In this document: positions 25,607-36,583 of the stretch, piece by piece
How the letters are laid out: each line of letters begins with the position of its first letter
Numbering within the stretch: the stretch's first letter is position 1
IMG/VR virus record: IMGVR_UViG_2839447872_000003
Coordinates: 1,166 to 65,165 of that record
Direction: 5' to 3' (one strand)
From: a virus
Lineage: Duplodnaviria; Caudoviricetes
DNA: 64,000 nt
The notes under the pieces: model-generated
What the model was told of the DNA's origin: nothing
Databases searched by the model: none
Seen by the model: only the letters and a program-made list of their open reading frames with translations
Made by a program: the position numbers and the translations under genes

Positions 25607-27524
25607 CCTGAACGCAATCCGGATCAACAGGGTAATTTCCAAGGCATTGAAGGGGCTTGTCCCCCCTGCCGATCTGACGGTGACAGAATGGGCGGAAGCT
25701 TGTCGCCGCCTGTCGACGGAAAGCTCTGCCGAGCCGGGACCGTGGCGCACCGAGCGCACGCCGTATCTCCGCGAGCCGATGGACGCTTTTACGGACCCGA
25801 GGGTGCGGCATATTGTTATGGTTGCTGCGTCGCAGGTTGGTAAATCCGAGTTCCTGAACAACTGTATCGGCTACATCATCGACGAGGATCCGGGCAGTAT
25901 TCTTTTCGTCCACCCCACAGGCATTGACGCGAAGGAATACTCCAAGCTCCGTATCGCGACGATGATCCGGGACTGCCCCACACTGCGCAAAAAGGTAAGC
26001 AACCCCAAGAGCCGCGACAGCAACAACACTATTCTCCAAAAGACCTATCCCGGCGGAATCCTCACCATGTGCGGCTCTACTGAGGCGCACGCCCTGGCAT
26101 CAAAGCCCATCCGTTACGTATTCGGCGACGAACGCGACCGATGGGCACTGTCTGCCGGTAATGAGGGCGACCCTTGGGGTTTGGCAATGGCTCGACAGAC
26201 AACCTTCTACAACGCTAAAGCGGTAGAGGTATCTACCCCCACCATCAAAAACACCAGCGCCATCGAATTGGCCTACGCAACCGGAACGATGGAACGGTGG
26301 AAATCGCGCTGCCCCCATTGTGGGGAGTATCACGAGATTCGCTGGGCAGATATCCGCTTTGAATACGAGGAAAACATCATCGTCGGCCGCAAGACCTACA
26401 AGGTGACGAATGTCTGGTATGTCTGCCCTGGATGCGCATGTGTATCCAGCGAGTTTGAAATGAAGCGCGTTCCGGCAAAGTGGATGGCAGAAAACCCCGA
26501 CGCCTACGAACAGGGGACTCGCTCTTTCTGGCTAAATGCCTTTGTTTCCCAATGGGCAACATGGTCGTCTATTATCCTGAAGTTCCTGAATGCACAGGGA
26601 AACACTAGGAAAATGCAGGTTGTTTACAACACCTGCTTCGGCGAGGTATGGGAAGATCGCGGCGACTTGGAGGACGAAGATAGCCTGATGGCACGGCGAG
26701 AGGAATATGACGCCGAGCTTCCCGAAGGTGTCCTTGTCTTGACGGCCGGCGTCGACACACAGGACGACCGTTTTGAGTACGAGATCATCGGTCACGGGCA
26801 TTTCGGAGAAACATGGGGCATCGAAAAGGGTGTCATCATGGGACGCCCGGACGATTCCGAGACATGGGCGAAGCTGGATGATGCAGTTTTCGACCGCGTA
26901 TTCCGGTTTGCTGACGGTACCGGCCTGCGGCAGTCTGCGTCCTTTGTGGACGAAGGCGGCCACTTCACGCAGGAAGTTCGCTTGCAGTGCCGCGCGCGTA
27001 TCGCGAAGCAGGTCTTTTGTATCAAGGGTATGCCTGGGCCAAGCAGACCGTATGTGCCGCCCCCGAAGCAACAAAAGATCACCGTCCACCAGAGGTATAT
27101 CGGCACCTGTTGGCAGTATCAGATCGGCGTTGACTCCGGCAAGCAAATCATTCAGGACAATCTTCGTGTTAAGACCAAAGGCGCGAAGTATTGCCATTTT
27201 CCCCGGCGTGACGACTATGGTAGCGCATACTTTGCCGGTCTGCTCTCCGAGCGGTTGGAGTATGACGCCACAAAGAAACAGCCGTGGATTTGGAAGAAGA
27301 TCCCCGGGCACGAGCGCAACGAGGCGTTGGATTGCCGCAACTACGCTATGGCGGCGTTTAAGGCGCTCCCTGTCAATCTTGATGAGGTAGACAGACGGTT
27401 AAGGGAATCCCGCGGTAAAGCCCCCTCTGCACCCGTTGCAACTGCTCCGGCAACTACCCCGAAGCGGAAGACGAGAGCGAAAAAGCGCGGCTCCGCGCTG
27501 GATAGATATTACGACAGTTGGTAA
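25587..27524 (+). CDS. Terminase large subunit, gpA family
   Basis: TPYLREPMD, ASQVGKSE, GDERDR, STPT, CPHCG, RNEALDC. Confidence 0.96.
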   Translation: MMAMTSNLNAIRINRVISKALKGLVPPADLTVTEWAEACRRLSTESSAEPGPWRTERTPYLREPMDAFTDPRVRHIVMVAASQVGKSEFLNNCIGYIIDEDPGSILFVHPTGIDAKEYSKLRIATMIRDCPTLRKKVSNPKSRDSNNTILQKTYPGGILTMCGSTEAHALASKPIRYVFGDERDRWALSAGNEGDPWGLAMARQTTFYNAKAVEVSTPTIKNTSAIELAYATGTMERWKSRCPHCGEYHEIRWADIRFEYEENIIVGRKTYKVTNVWYVCPGCACVSSEFEMKRVPAKWMAENPDAYEQGTRSFWLNAFVSQWATWSSIILKFLNAQGNTRKMQVVYNTCFGEVWEDRGDLEDEDSLMARREEYDAELPEGVLVLTAGVDTQDDRFEYEIIGHGHFGETWGIEKGVIMGRPDDSETWAKLDDAVFDRVFRFADGTGLRQSASFVDEGGHFTQEVRLQCRARIAKQVFCIKGMPGPSRPYVPPPKQQKITVHQRYIGTCWQYQIGVDSGKQIIQDNLRVKTKGAKYCHFPRRDDYGSAYFAGLLSERLEYDATKKQPWIWKKIPGHERNEALDCRNYAMAAFKALPVNLDEVDRRLRESRGKAPSAPVATAPATTPKRKTRAKKRGSALDRYYDSW

Positions 27525-27535
27525 GGTGATTTGAC

Positions 27536-27793
27536 ATGGCTGATAAGACCGAAATCAAGGCAAGACTGGAATTCCGAAAGGAAGCTCTGAAGAAGCTGCG
27601 TGCCGCGTATCTGGCGCTGATCGACGGAGGAGTGAAAAGCTATACCATCAACGATCGGACACTGACGCGTTTCGACCTGCCCGATCTCAAAAAAGAGATT
27701 GAGGCCGCCGAGGCCGCCGTCGACACGCTGACGGCACAGCTCATCGGCCGCAAGCCGCGCAGAGCGTTCGGGATCGTTCCCGAAGATTGGTGA
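27536..27793 (+). CDS. gpW-like head-tail joining protein
   Basis: GGVKSYTINDRTLTRFDL; lies between terminase and portal. Confidence 0.75.
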   Translation: MADKTEIKARLEFRKEALKKLRAAYLALIDGGVKSYTINDRTLTRFDLPDLKKEIEAAEAAVDTLTAQLIGRKPRRAFGIVPEDW

Positions 27794-27922
27794 TCTTTTT
27801 CGCGAGGTTGTGAAAATGCCAGGGTATACGCCCGAGAGGGTCTTACTACAGGCTGACCGGCGGAATTCGATTCTTTTGCCGCCGGGAACCTGTTTTTATT
27901 CCGATAATAGGAGGCGAACACA

Positions 27923-29533
27923 TTGAGCAAGAGCCAAAAGTGCCGCAAGGCTCCCAATGCCAAGGGGTACAGCGAAGCTGGCGCGAGCCTCGACCGGCGT
28001 TCAATGAAGGGCTTCACCGCACAGAGCGGGTCGCCCAATGAAGATATAAACCACAACAACTACACCTTGCGGCAGAGGTCTCGCATTCTCTATATGTCGT
28101 CCACTGTGGCGGCGGCGGCAATCAATACCAATCGTACCAAGGTGATCGGCACCGGCCTTGTTCTGAATAGCGCCATTGATCGACAGGTGCTCGGCATGAG
28201 CGCAGATGCAGCTAAAGAGTGGCAGCGCAAAACCGAGGCAGAATTCCGCCTGTGGGCGGGCGACAAGCGCAATTGTGACGCGATCGGCATGAACAACTTC
28301 GGCTGTCTGCAACAGCTCGGCCTTAAATCCTGGCTGCTCTCCGGCGACGTCTTTCCCCTCCTGAAGCACTATAAGCGGACTCCGCTGAATCCGTACTCAC
28401 TCCGCGTACATCTGGTCGAGGCAGACCGCATCAGCACCCCGGCAGAGTACGGCGGTGGCATTTCCGCCTCCGGTTATTTCGAGGGAAAGGTACCGGAAGG
28501 AAAGCCTGGCGCCGGACACAAGATTTACGACGGTGTCGAGGTGGACGAAAACGGCTTGGTGGAGGCGTATTATATTCGTAATGCCTATCCCTTCGAGTAT
28601 GTAACCGAAGACATCAAATGGACACGTGTGGAGGTCTACGGCAAACGCACCGGGCTTCCTAATATCCTGCAAGTTATGGATAGCGAGCGTCCCGATCAGT
28701 ATCGAGGCGTTCCGTATCTGGCTCCGGTCATTGAAACCCTTTTGCAGCTGCGCCGCTACACCGAAAGCGAGCTGATGGCGGCACTGGTGCAGTCGTTCTT
28801 TACTGCGTGGATCGAGACGGAAACGGATCAGTCTCAGATTCCCTTCAACGAAACCGGCCCCGTTAATATGGGCGATACTTTGGATGGCACAGTCAACATT
28901 GAGAGCACCGACAAAGAGGATGAATACGACAACGATTATTCGCTCGGTCCCGGTACCGTTACCCATCTGGCAGCGGGCGAAAAGGTACGCTTCGGCAATC
29001 CCAATATCCCCACCACCGGATTTGACGCCTTTGTTAAGACGTTCTGCCGTCTGATCGGTGCGGCTCTGGAGCAACCTTATGATGTGCTTATCAAGGAGTT
29101 CAACAGCTCTTATTCCGCAAGCCGCGGAGCGCTGTTGGAGGCGTGGGAAGCGTTCAAGATGCGCCGCAAGTGGTTCGTGGACGATTTCTGCCAGCCCATC
29201 TATGAAGTGTGGCTGGCAGAGGCTGTCGCCCTCGAGCGCATTAAGGCGCCCGGCTTCTTCGACGACCCGCTGATCCGCAAAGCATGGTGCGGTGCCAACT
29301 GGATTGGACCCGTACAGGGGCAGCTTGATCCCAAAAAGGAAGCCGAGGCCAATATCATGCTTATCAACCATTCCATTAAAACCCACGGGCAGGTCACCCG
29401 CGAAATGAGCGGCGGCGACTGGGAAACCAATGTGGAACAGGTTAAACACGAAAACGAGCTGCTGCGCGCAACGAGGGGCGTCGCAAAGGCCTTGACACCA
29501 GCTCCCGGAGAAGGAAGCGGTGATGGAGGTTGA
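27923..29533 (+). CDS. Lambda-family portal protein
   Basis: QYRGVPYLAPVI, SSYSASRGALLEAW, GQLDPKKEAEA. Confidence 0.95.
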   Translation: MSKSQKCRKAPNAKGYSEAGASLDRRSMKGFTAQSGSPNEDINHNNYTLRQRSRILYMSSTVAAAAINTNRTKVIGTGLVLNSAIDRQVLGMSADAAKEWQRKTEAEFRLWAGDKRNCDAIGMNNFGCLQQLGLKSWLLSGDVFPLLKHYKRTPLNPYSLRVHLVEADRISTPAEYGGGISASGYFEGKVPEGKPGAGHKIYDGVEVDENGLVEAYYIRNAYPFEYVTEDIKWTRVEVYGKRTGLPNILQVMDSERPDQYRGVPYLAPVIETLLQLRRYTESELMAALVQSFFTAWIETETDQSQIPFNETGPVNMGDTLDGTVNIESTDKEDEYDNDYSLGPGTVTHLAAGEKVRFGNPNIPTTGFDAFVKTFCRLIGAALEQPYDVLIKEFNSSYSASRGALLEAWEAFKMRRKWFVDDFCQPIYEVWLAEAVALERIKAPGFFDDPLIRKAWCGANWIGPVQGQLDPKKEAEANIMLINHSIKTHGQVTREMSGGDWETNVEQVKHENELLRATRGVAKALTPAPGEGSGDGG

Positions 29534-29582
29534 ATACCCCGTATATCCCGACGAGCGAAGTATGGAAAGAGAGGAAAACGAA

Positions 29583-30821
29583 ATGAGTAATCCCTCAAAG
29601 AGCAAAGGCCCTGCCGTGAATATCCAGCGCAGTGTTTACACCATGGCCACCACGGACGGCTCCAGCGCAGAAATCGTCATGTATGGCGATATCTACGAGG
29701 AGCAGCCTGTCGATTGGTGGACCGGGAAACCCGTCGAGGGGAAGTATATTCTGCTATCCGAGTTTCTGGACGATCTGGAGCAGATCGCCAAGTGCAAGAG
29801 TATCACCATTCGCATGAACAGCTACGGAGGAGATGCCGGTGTTTCCAACACGATCCACAACCGTCTGCGTGAGCTTGCGCGGAACGGCGCCGAGCTGATC
29901 TGCGTCGTTGACGGCGTAGCCATGTCCGGCGGTTCCCTCATTATGTGCGCCTGCGATACCGTCCGCGTCAATCCGTCCAGCCTTATCATGATCCACAAGT
30001 GCTGGAGCTATATTTGGGGCGACTACAACGCTGATGAACTCCGTCAGATGGCGGATCAGAACGACGCATGGGATAAGATGCAGATTACGATTTATAAGCG
30101 CAAGACTGGTCTTTCTGATACGGTCCTTTCTCACATGATGGCCGACACCACCTACATGACGGGTAAAGAGGCTGTCGATAAGGGCTTTGCCGATGAAGTC
30201 CTGGAAGATGCCGAGCCGCTGAATATCACAGCCAGCGTTGACGGCCGTAGCCTGTTCGTGCGCGGCCGCACCATGCGTATGGAACCCGGCACATTCGCGC
30301 CCGACACTATCCCCACGGTCAATCCCGAGGCTTGCGCTTCGGTTACGACAGATGCAAATCAGCCGGAGGTCACCGGCGGACAAAAAGGAGGAAATTCCAT
30401 GACCAAGGAAGAATTCCGGATGCAGTATCCGGACCTGTTCGCGGAAGTGCAGAACGACGCGATTGCCGCCGGCAACACTGAGGCCGTCAACGCCGCCATT
30501 CAGGCGGAACAGGCTCGTCTGCAGGGCATCGACGAGATCGCTGGCCTGTTCGACGACGCTCTGGTGAAGGAGGCCAAGTACGGTGAAAAGGCCTGCAACG
30601 CTGCTGAACTGGCTCTGCGCGCTGCGCAGAACGCCGCCAAACAGGGCAGGCAGTTTCTGTCTCAGTTGGACAGCGATTCCAAAGACGCCAACACCGGTGA
30701 TGTCGGGGCTGCCCCCGGCGTAGACGAACCAAAGGGCGACGACGCTCTGACTCCCGAAGCTCGCATGGCAAAAACCAGAGCGGAGATCAAGTCTCTGCTC
30801 GGCAAGAAGAAGGAGGGCTAA
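29583..30821 (+). CDS. ClpP-family head maturation protease with scaffold tail
   Basis: RMNSYGGD, DGVAMSGGSLI, MIHK, TTYMTGKEAVDKGFAD. Confidence 0.93.
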   Translation: MSNPSKSKGPAVNIQRSVYTMATTDGSSAEIVMYGDIYEEQPVDWWTGKPVEGKYILLSEFLDDLEQIAKCKSITIRMNSYGGDAGVSNTIHNRLRELARNGAELICVVDGVAMSGGSLIMCACDTVRVNPSSLIMIHKCWSYIWGDYNADELRQMADQNDAWDKMQITIYKRKTGLSDTVLSHMMADTTYMTGKEAVDKGFADEVLEDAEPLNITASVDGRSLFVRGRTMRMEPGTFAPDTIPTVNPEACASVTTDANQPEVTGGQKGGNSMTKEEFRMQYPDLFAEVQNDAIAAGNTEAVNAAIQAEQARLQGIDEIAGLFDDALVKEAKYGEKACNAAELALRAAQNAAKQGRQFLSQLDSDSKDANTGDVGAAPGVDEPKGDDALTPEARMAKTRAEIKSLLGKKKEG

Positions 30822-30824
30822 ATC

Positions 30825-31199
30825 ATGACCAACCTGAGCAAGAAGATCGGCGAGATGGAGTTTGATGGTCTGGTGACCGATCTGACTCCTCCCGTCCAGG
30901 TGCGCGGAGGCACCATTACTAAGGGCGATGCCGAAACCATCTACAAACGCGGCACCGTTTTTGGCAAGTCCGATGCTGGCGTACTGGCCATCTATGATGG
31001 CACCAACACACCCGATTGCATCCTGTGCGACGAGGTCACTGTTGGCACCGATGCCGATGCGAGTGTGGCTGTTTACACCGCCGGCTGTTTCGATCCTGGC
31101 AAGGTGACTGTGGCCGATAGCTACAGCCTCACCGCTGCCGACTACGACAAGCTCCGCATGCGCGGCATTGTTTTCAAGTCCGCTACCCCTGCGGACTAA
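30825..31199 (+). CDS. Head decoration protein
   Basis: RGTV...PDCIL...VYTAGCF; lies between protease and capsid. Confidence 0.8.
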   Translation: MTNLSKKIGEMEFDGLVTDLTPPVQVRGGTITKGDAETIYKRGTVFGKSDAGVLAIYDGTNTPDCILCDEVTVGTDADASVAVYTAGCFDPGKVTVADSYSLTAADYDKLRMRGIVFKSATPAD

Positions 31200-31214
31200 T
31201 AGGAGGTATTACAA

Positions 31215-32288
31215 ATGGCTGCTGAACTGAATTTCTTTGACATTTATGTGCTGATCGCCATCACCGAGGAGATCGTTCCCAAGCAGACCTTTTTCAAGGA
31301 TCGCTATTTCCCCACGGGTGAGGGCGATGTTTTCGCCGCTGACAAAGTGCTGACCGAGTACCGCAAGGGCGACCGTAAGATGGCCGCTTTCGTTTCTCCC
31401 CGTGCCGGCGATATTCCCATGGACCGCCGCGGCTACTCTATCCACGAGTATCAGCCTGCGTTTATCGCTCCTTCCCGGCTGCTGACCGTTGACGAGCTGC
31501 ACAAACGCGGCTTCGGCGAGGCGCTGTATCCGGGCATGGATAAGGCTGCTCGTGCCGCCCGCCTGATTCTGGAGGATCAGACCGATATGGATCTGCGTAT
31601 CACCCGCCGCGAGGAGTGGATGGCTGCACAGACCATGATTAACAACGCCTGCACTATGCAGGAGTACATCGACGACAAGACCAAGGGCGACACCCTGTAT
31701 GTCAAGTTCTTCGACAATGCCAGCGAGCACCTGTATGTGCCCGCCGCCAAGTGGACCACTTGGGCCATTATGCGCGCCGACGTAATCGCCATGTGCCGCC
31801 AGCTCTCCAAGCGCGGTTTACCCGCCACCGATCTGGTCATGGGCTCTGATGTCGCTGAGGCGGTTCTGGAGTTCGAGGAGTTGCAGCGCCTGCTGGATAA
31901 GAACAGCGGCATCATCACTGGCAAGATCGATGAGGAACTGTCCCCCTATGATGGCGTCGTTTACATGGGCACCGTCAACTTTGGCGGCTTCAGGTTGAAT
32001 TTGATCAGTGTGGATGAAACCTATGTGGATGAGAATGACCAGGAGCAGAAGTACTTCCCCGCCGCCTCCGCCATGGTGACCGCTCCCAACTGCGGCCGCA
32101 CTATGTACGGACAGATCACCCAGATCGACTACGGCTCCACCAACTTCACCGACCATGCCGGCATCCGCGTCCCCAAGTTTACTCTGGATCAGGACAAGGA
32201 CATCCGCAAGCTGCGTCTCGGCACTCGCCCCCTGTGCGCACCCAGAAACTACTGCCCATACATCTACGCTGCCGCTGTAGTCGACTGA
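31215..32288 (+). CDS. Major capsid protein E
   Basis: FFKDRYF, KMAAFVSP, ITRREEWMAAQ. Confidence 0.93.
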   Translation: MAAELNFFDIYVLIAITEEIVPKQTFFKDRYFPTGEGDVFAADKVLTEYRKGDRKMAAFVSPRAGDIPMDRRGYSIHEYQPAFIAPSRLLTVDELHKRGFGEALYPGMDKAARAARLILEDQTDMDLRITRREEWMAAQTMINNACTMQEYIDDKTKGDTLYVKFFDNASEHLYVPAAKWTTWAIMRADVIAMCRQLSKRGLPATDLVMGSDVAEAVLEFEELQRLLDKNSGIITGKIDEELSPYDGVVYMGTVNFGGFRLNLISVDETYVDENDQEQKYFPAASAMVTAPNCGRTMYGQITQIDYGSTNFTDHAGIRVPKFTLDQDKDIRKLRLGTRPLCAPRNYCPYIYAAAVVD

Positions 32289-32313
32289 TCGATGTAGGTG
32301 AAAGGAGTACGCT

Positions 32314-32808
32314 ATGAAGAAGGTTAAAATTATTAATGGTGTCTACGGTGCTCGGGACAACAAGACCAGCCGTGTCACCCCTGTCTCTATTGGAGGTACC
32401 GTCGAAGTCAGCGACGAGGAGGCCGCTCGTTTGGTCGGTTTCAAGGTCGCGGCCTACGTCGACGAGGAATTCCCCGCCAACGGCGTTGCAACGTCTCCTG
32501 TGACCATTCCCGTTGGCGGCGCAGGTAAAAACGCGCCTGACGGTGCAGAAGGGCAGGAAAACGGCTGCGAGGACGATGAAGCTCTCGATATCGTTGACGG
32601 CCATTTCACCGTCGAAAGCTTGATGACACTGGAACGCAAGGACATGGACGCTCTTGCCGCCGATCTCGGCATTGAGGCTGCTGCTATCAAGAAGTGCAAG
32701 AACAAGACCGAGCTTGCCGAACTGATCGCGACCGTCGAGATTGACGAGGAGAACACCGGCAACGGCGAGCAACCTCCCACGCTCGGTACGGAGGGACCGG
32801 TGGAATGA
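32314..32808 (+). CDS. Hypothetical head-associated protein
   Basis: GAAAGGAG RBS; acidic protein with a Rho-N-like C-terminus. Confidence 0.7.
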   Translation: MKKVKIINGVYGARDNKTSRVTPVSIGGTVEVSDEEAARLVGFKVAAYVDEEFPANGVATSPVTIPVGGAGKNAPDGAEGQENGCEDDEALDIVDGHFTVESLMTLERKDMDALAADLGIEAAAIKKCKNKTELAELIATVEIDEENTGNGEQPPTLGTEGPVE

Positions 32809-33173
32809 GCGGCTTCAAGGACATGGTAACTACGGATATCTACAATGTTTTTCTCAACACGAATGAGTTCGCGGAGAAACGAACCGTAGAATACGACGGA
32901 GAGCGGTATGTTGATATCCCCATCGTGCTATCCGGCCTGAAGGAGCAGGAGCGGCGCCAGATCCAGTCCGACCATGTCCAGGGCCTCTACCTTGTGTCGG
33001 CCGTGCTTCATTGCGCACGATCCGACTTGGGCGGCAATCAGCCCGAAAAGGGTCAGCGTATCAGAATCAACGGACAGGAAGGCGGCGGGGGCTTCTTTCG
33101 GGAGTTCTATGTGGCTTCGTCTGTCTGTGAGCTGGGTATGTTGCGGGTTGAACTGGAGACGATCGACGAATGA
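32805..33173 (+). CDS. Head-tail adaptor/closure protein
   Basis: FKD....DI..VFLN..EFAE; position in the module. Confidence 0.7.
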   Translation: MSGFKDMVTTDIYNVFLNTNEFAEKRTVEYDGERYVDIPIVLSGLKEQERRQIQSDHVQGLYLVSAVLHCARSDLGGNQPEKGQRIRINGQEGGGGFFREFYVASSVCELGMLRVELETIDE

Positions 33174-33787
33174 GTGATATTTACAGATCGCGTGAGCGGA
33201 GCACCTATTATGGCGGCATTGTGGTTGATGTTGCTGAGGAAAGCCTTGACCGTGTAACAAAGCTGCTGGCAGGCATCAATGGCGGCGTTTACAAGGCTGT
33301 AGGGAGCGCATTGACACGCGCTGCGGCAGCCGGAAAAACCGTCGCGAAGCGGGCGGTTTCACAGGAGTATACCATCAGCCAAAGCGAATTTTTGACCCAA
33401 ACGAAAAATATCAACCATTTTATACGGGAATCATCCGGGGAAATCTCCGTAGTGTTTGGATTTAAGGGTTATGTGATACCGCTTCTGAAATTTAACACCC
33501 GTACAAATAACAACGGTCAGGTGGTCGCCCAAGTCAAAAGATCCGGGGCGGGAGAAGTATTGGATCGTGCTTTTTCTGCACAATCGGCCGTGCATGGGCA
33601 TAGGGTGATATTCGAAAGGGAAGGCTTATCCCGTATCCCGATTACAGAACTTTATGGACCGGCTACGCCTCAGATGATGTACTCCAACGAGGCTGTCACC
33701 GATGAAATCGAACAGAAGATGGCCGAGACATATGAAAAACGTATTGACCATGAAATTCTGCGCATTCTCAACGGCTGGGGAGGATAG
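33170..33787 (+). CDS. Minor tail protein Z-like
   Basis: R.PITELYGPATPQM motif. Confidence 0.75.
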   Translation: MSDIYRSRERSTYYGGIVVDVAEESLDRVTKLLAGINGGVYKAVGSALTRAAAAGKTVAKRAVSQEYTISQSEFLTQTKNINHFIRESSGEISVVFGFKGYVIPLLKFNTRTNNNGQVVAQVKRSGAGEVLDRAFSAQSAVHGHRVIFEREGLSRIPITELYGPATPQMMYSNEAVTDEIEQKMAETYEKRIDHEILRILNGWGG

Positions 33788-33790
33788 GAC

Positions 33791-34342
33791 ATGACAAAGG
33801 CAGTTCTGTTGGAGCAGTTAAGGCTTTTTACCGCCGAAGCCACAAAGGATTTGCTCCTTCCCGTGGCCCTGCAAAAAGAGGACCAAGAGCAGCCCCGGCC
33901 CCGGGCCGCCGGGGTATACCGGACGCGTTTGCCTGACAGCAAAGCGGCCAGGAAAAAAGCGCCTTACATTCTGCATCAGATCATCACAGGCAAGGATGTT
34001 CAGGCCCCCGGCCAGCGTCCCAACAATTCAGCCACCGTCCGCACCATCTTTTGCGTCTATCATCATGATGAACAAGAGGGCGGGCTTGCGCTGTTGAACC
34101 TTATGGAACGGCTGAGGATTGCTCTGTTGGAGCAAAGGAGCATCGGTAAGCAGTTTAGGCTTGATTTGGAAGCTGGGCTGGAAAGTCTGGTTTACCCCGA
34201 GGATACAGCTCCATATTACGCAGGAGAAATGATATCTGTATGGAAGCTCCCTGTTATTGAAAGGAAGGCGCCTTATGGCAAGGAAGGAAATGATAATGTT
34301 AAACAACTCTGCCCAGGGACCTGTTTTGAAGCCCAAAGATAA
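33791..34342 (+). CDS. Tail completion/terminator protein
   Basis: APYILHQIITGKD; position in the module. Confidence 0.65.
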   Translation: MTKAVLLEQLRLFTAEATKDLLLPVALQKEDQEQPRPRAAGVYRTRLPDSKAARKKAPYILHQIITGKDVQAPGQRPNNSATVRTIFCVYHHDEQEGGLALLNLMERLRIALLEQRSIGKQFRLDLEAGLESLVYPEDTAPYYAGEMISVWKLPVIERKAPYGKEGNDNVKQLCPGTCFEAQR

Positions 34343-34580
34343 CAGCTCTGGTTTTTACTGTTATATCGGCCCAAGCATTACCGGCATTATCCAGCATGGA
34401 ACTATCTGGCGAGGGAGCAGGACGGCCGCCCTGGCCGCTGCGGCGCCAGTTATCGAAAAATATCCCCTGGTCAAAACATTAATCGTATCAGGGGATGCGC
34501 TGCCCGAAGCCCGATTAAAAATTAAGAGGCCCGGCAATGCCCTGTACGTCAATTACAGGAAAATTGCCGGGCTGCGCTAA
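34263..34580 (+). CDS. Hypothetical tail-region protein
   Basis: YCYIGPSI motif; start approximate. Confidence 0.65.
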   Translation, partial: GRRLMARKEMIMLNNSAQGPVLKPKDNSSGFYCYIGPSITGIIQHGTIWRGSRTAALAAAAPVIEKYPLVKTLIVSGDALPEARLKIKRPGNALYVNYRKIAGLR

Positions 34581-34595
34581 GGAGGTCAAAATATC

Positions 34596-36029
34596 ATGGC
34601 GAATCTGGGTATTCATGTCAATGAACAGGCCACGGCGGTCAGCACGCCCGTCGTGGCCAATTCCGGCATTCCATTTGTGGTCGGGCTGGCGCCGGGCCAT
34701 TGCGCATCCAATCCTGCAAAGGCCAATTTGCCAGTGCTCTGCACCAGTTGGGCCGAGGCGGTGGAGAAGCTTGGTTTTTCCTATGACTGGGGAACTTATA
34801 CCCTTTGCGAATTTATGTATTCCCATTTCCAGTTATTTGGATGCCAGCCGGTCATCTTCTGCAATGTATTGGATCCGGCAACCATGAAAAAAGAAGTCCA
34901 GGCGGCTGATCACGATGTCGTCGACCATAAGATCAGCCTGCCTTTCGGTATCATCAATGATAACAGTCTGGTGGTGCGCAGCGGTGAGGACGAATTGGAA
35001 AGGGATACGGATTACAGCGTCCTTTACGACGAAAAAAAGGGCGTCTGCATCGTAGAGCTGTTGAGTTCAAGCGACCATTACTCAACGCAATCGCTCAATG
35101 TTGCCGGCAATACAGTGACGCCGGATACGGTAAGTGATACGGACATTGTGTCCGGCCTGGGCACAATCGACGCTTGCATGAACATCACAGGGGTAATCCC
35201 CGATCTGATCTGTGCGCCCGGTTTCTCGCATATCCCCGCCGTAGCGGCTGTTATGGCGGCCAAAGCCGCCGGTATCAACGGTTTATTCCGGGCCAAAGCC
35301 CTTGTTGACGTATTTACCGGAGATAACGGCGTCCGGGAAGTTTCCGGGCTACTCGATTGGAAAACCAAAAACAGTATGGTAGACGAAAACCAGATTGTAT
35401 GCTGGCCAATGGTGAAGATGGGCGAATACAAATTCCATCTCTCTACACAAATGGCCGGGCTGATGGCGCAGACAGATGCCGGCAACAATGGCTGCCCGTA
35501 TGAATCGCCGTCCAATAAGGCGCTGAAAATCGACGGATGCTGCCTGCTGGATGGGACGGAAATCAATCTGACCTGGGAACAGGTACAGATGATCGCTGGA
35601 AATTACGGCATTGTAACGGCTCTGAATTTCATGTCTATAGGCTGGACGTTAAAAGGCAACTACACCGCCTGCTATCCCGGAAACAACGATGTGAAGGATT
35701 ACTTTATCCCTGTTTCCAGGATGTTCGCCTGGGTAGCAAATACCCTGATTCGGACCTATTGGAGCAAATTGGACAAACCAATGAACCGGCGGCTCATAGA
35801 TACTGTCCTGGATACCTGCAATATCTGGCTGAACGGACTGGTGGCTGACGAGCGTTTGTTGGGAGCCAGGGCGGAAGTGCCGGAAGATGAAAACCCTTTG
35901 GACGATCTGCTTGCCGGTATTTTGCGTATTCATATCTATCTGACGCCGCCAAGCCCTGCGCAGGAAATTGATTTTACGCTTGAATACTCGGTCGACTATG
36001 CCACTGCGGCATTGCAGTCCGCCGGTTAA
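34596..36029 (+). CDS. Tail sheath protein
   Basis: PDLICAPGFS, ESPSNK, LTPPSPAQEIDF. Confidence 0.92.
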   Translation: MANLGIHVNEQATAVSTPVVANSGIPFVVGLAPGHCASNPAKANLPVLCTSWAEAVEKLGFSYDWGTYTLCEFMYSHFQLFGCQPVIFCNVLDPATMKKEVQAADHDVVDHKISLPFGIINDNSLVVRSGEDELERDTDYSVLYDEKKGVCIVELLSSSDHYSTQSLNVAGNTVTPDTVSDTDIVSGLGTIDACMNITGVIPDLICAPGFSHIPAVAAVMAAKAAGINGLFRAKALVDVFTGDNGVREVSGLLDWKTKNSMVDENQIVCWPMVKMGEYKFHLSTQMAGLMAQTDAGNNGCPYESPSNKALKIDGCCLLDGTEINLTWEQVQMIAGNYGIVTALNFMSIGWTLKGNYTACYPGNNDVKDYFIPVSRMFAWVANTLIRTYWSKLDKPMNRRLIDTVLDTCNIWLNGLVADERLLGARAEVPEDENPLDDLLAGILRIHIYLTPPSPAQEIDFTLEYSVDYATAALQSAG

Positions 36030-36044
36030 AGGAGGCAATCGTAT

Positions 36045-36563
36045 ATGAGCAAACAGGCAGCATCCTACATCCAGCTTGAGCTTTACGAGGACAGTGTAAA
36101 TCTGTTGGGCATTGCAAAAGTCAAACTGCCCGCAATTACATATCCGTGCGTCAATATCGCCGGAGCCGGAATGATGGGCAACATGGAAGTACCGTTGTAC
36201 GGTATGGTCGACGCCATGAGCATGACGATCAACTGGCTCAGCCCCACTCAGGACGCGGTACGGTTGGCAGCCCCGAAAAAGCACCAGTTGGATTTGCGGG
36301 TTGCGGAAGAATACTGGGATGTGGAAGCGGCAGAGGAAGGGATTTGGCCGGAAAAATACGTTGTGATTGTCCGGCCGAAATCCACTGACCCCGGCACTGT
36401 AGCGCCTATGGCCGCTGCGGATACATCCGGTGAATATGCGGTGTATTATTATGCTGCCTACAGGGATGGGCAGCAACTGTGGGAAATCGACAAGCGCAAT
36501 ATGAAGTGCGTCATTATGGGGACGGATTATATGGCTGACGTTCGAAAAGCCCTCGGAAAATAA
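36045..36563 (+). CDS. Major tail tube protein (P2 FII-like)
   Basis: LLGIAKVKLP, GAGMMG, EIDKRNM. Confidence 0.9.
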   Translation: MSKQAASYIQLELYEDSVNLLGIAKVKLPAITYPCVNIAGAGMMGNMEVPLYGMVDAMSMTINWLSPTQDAVRLAAPKKHQLDLRVAEEYWDVEAAEEGIWPEKYVVIVRPKSTDPGTVAPMAAADTSGEYAVYYYAAYRDGQQLWEIDKRNMKCVIMGTDYMADVRKALGK

Positions 36564-36583
36564 ACGGACAAAGGAGTATTGTC

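Noticed and set aside
28397-29605. 402-aa antisense ORF
   Set aside because: Shadow of the portal gene.
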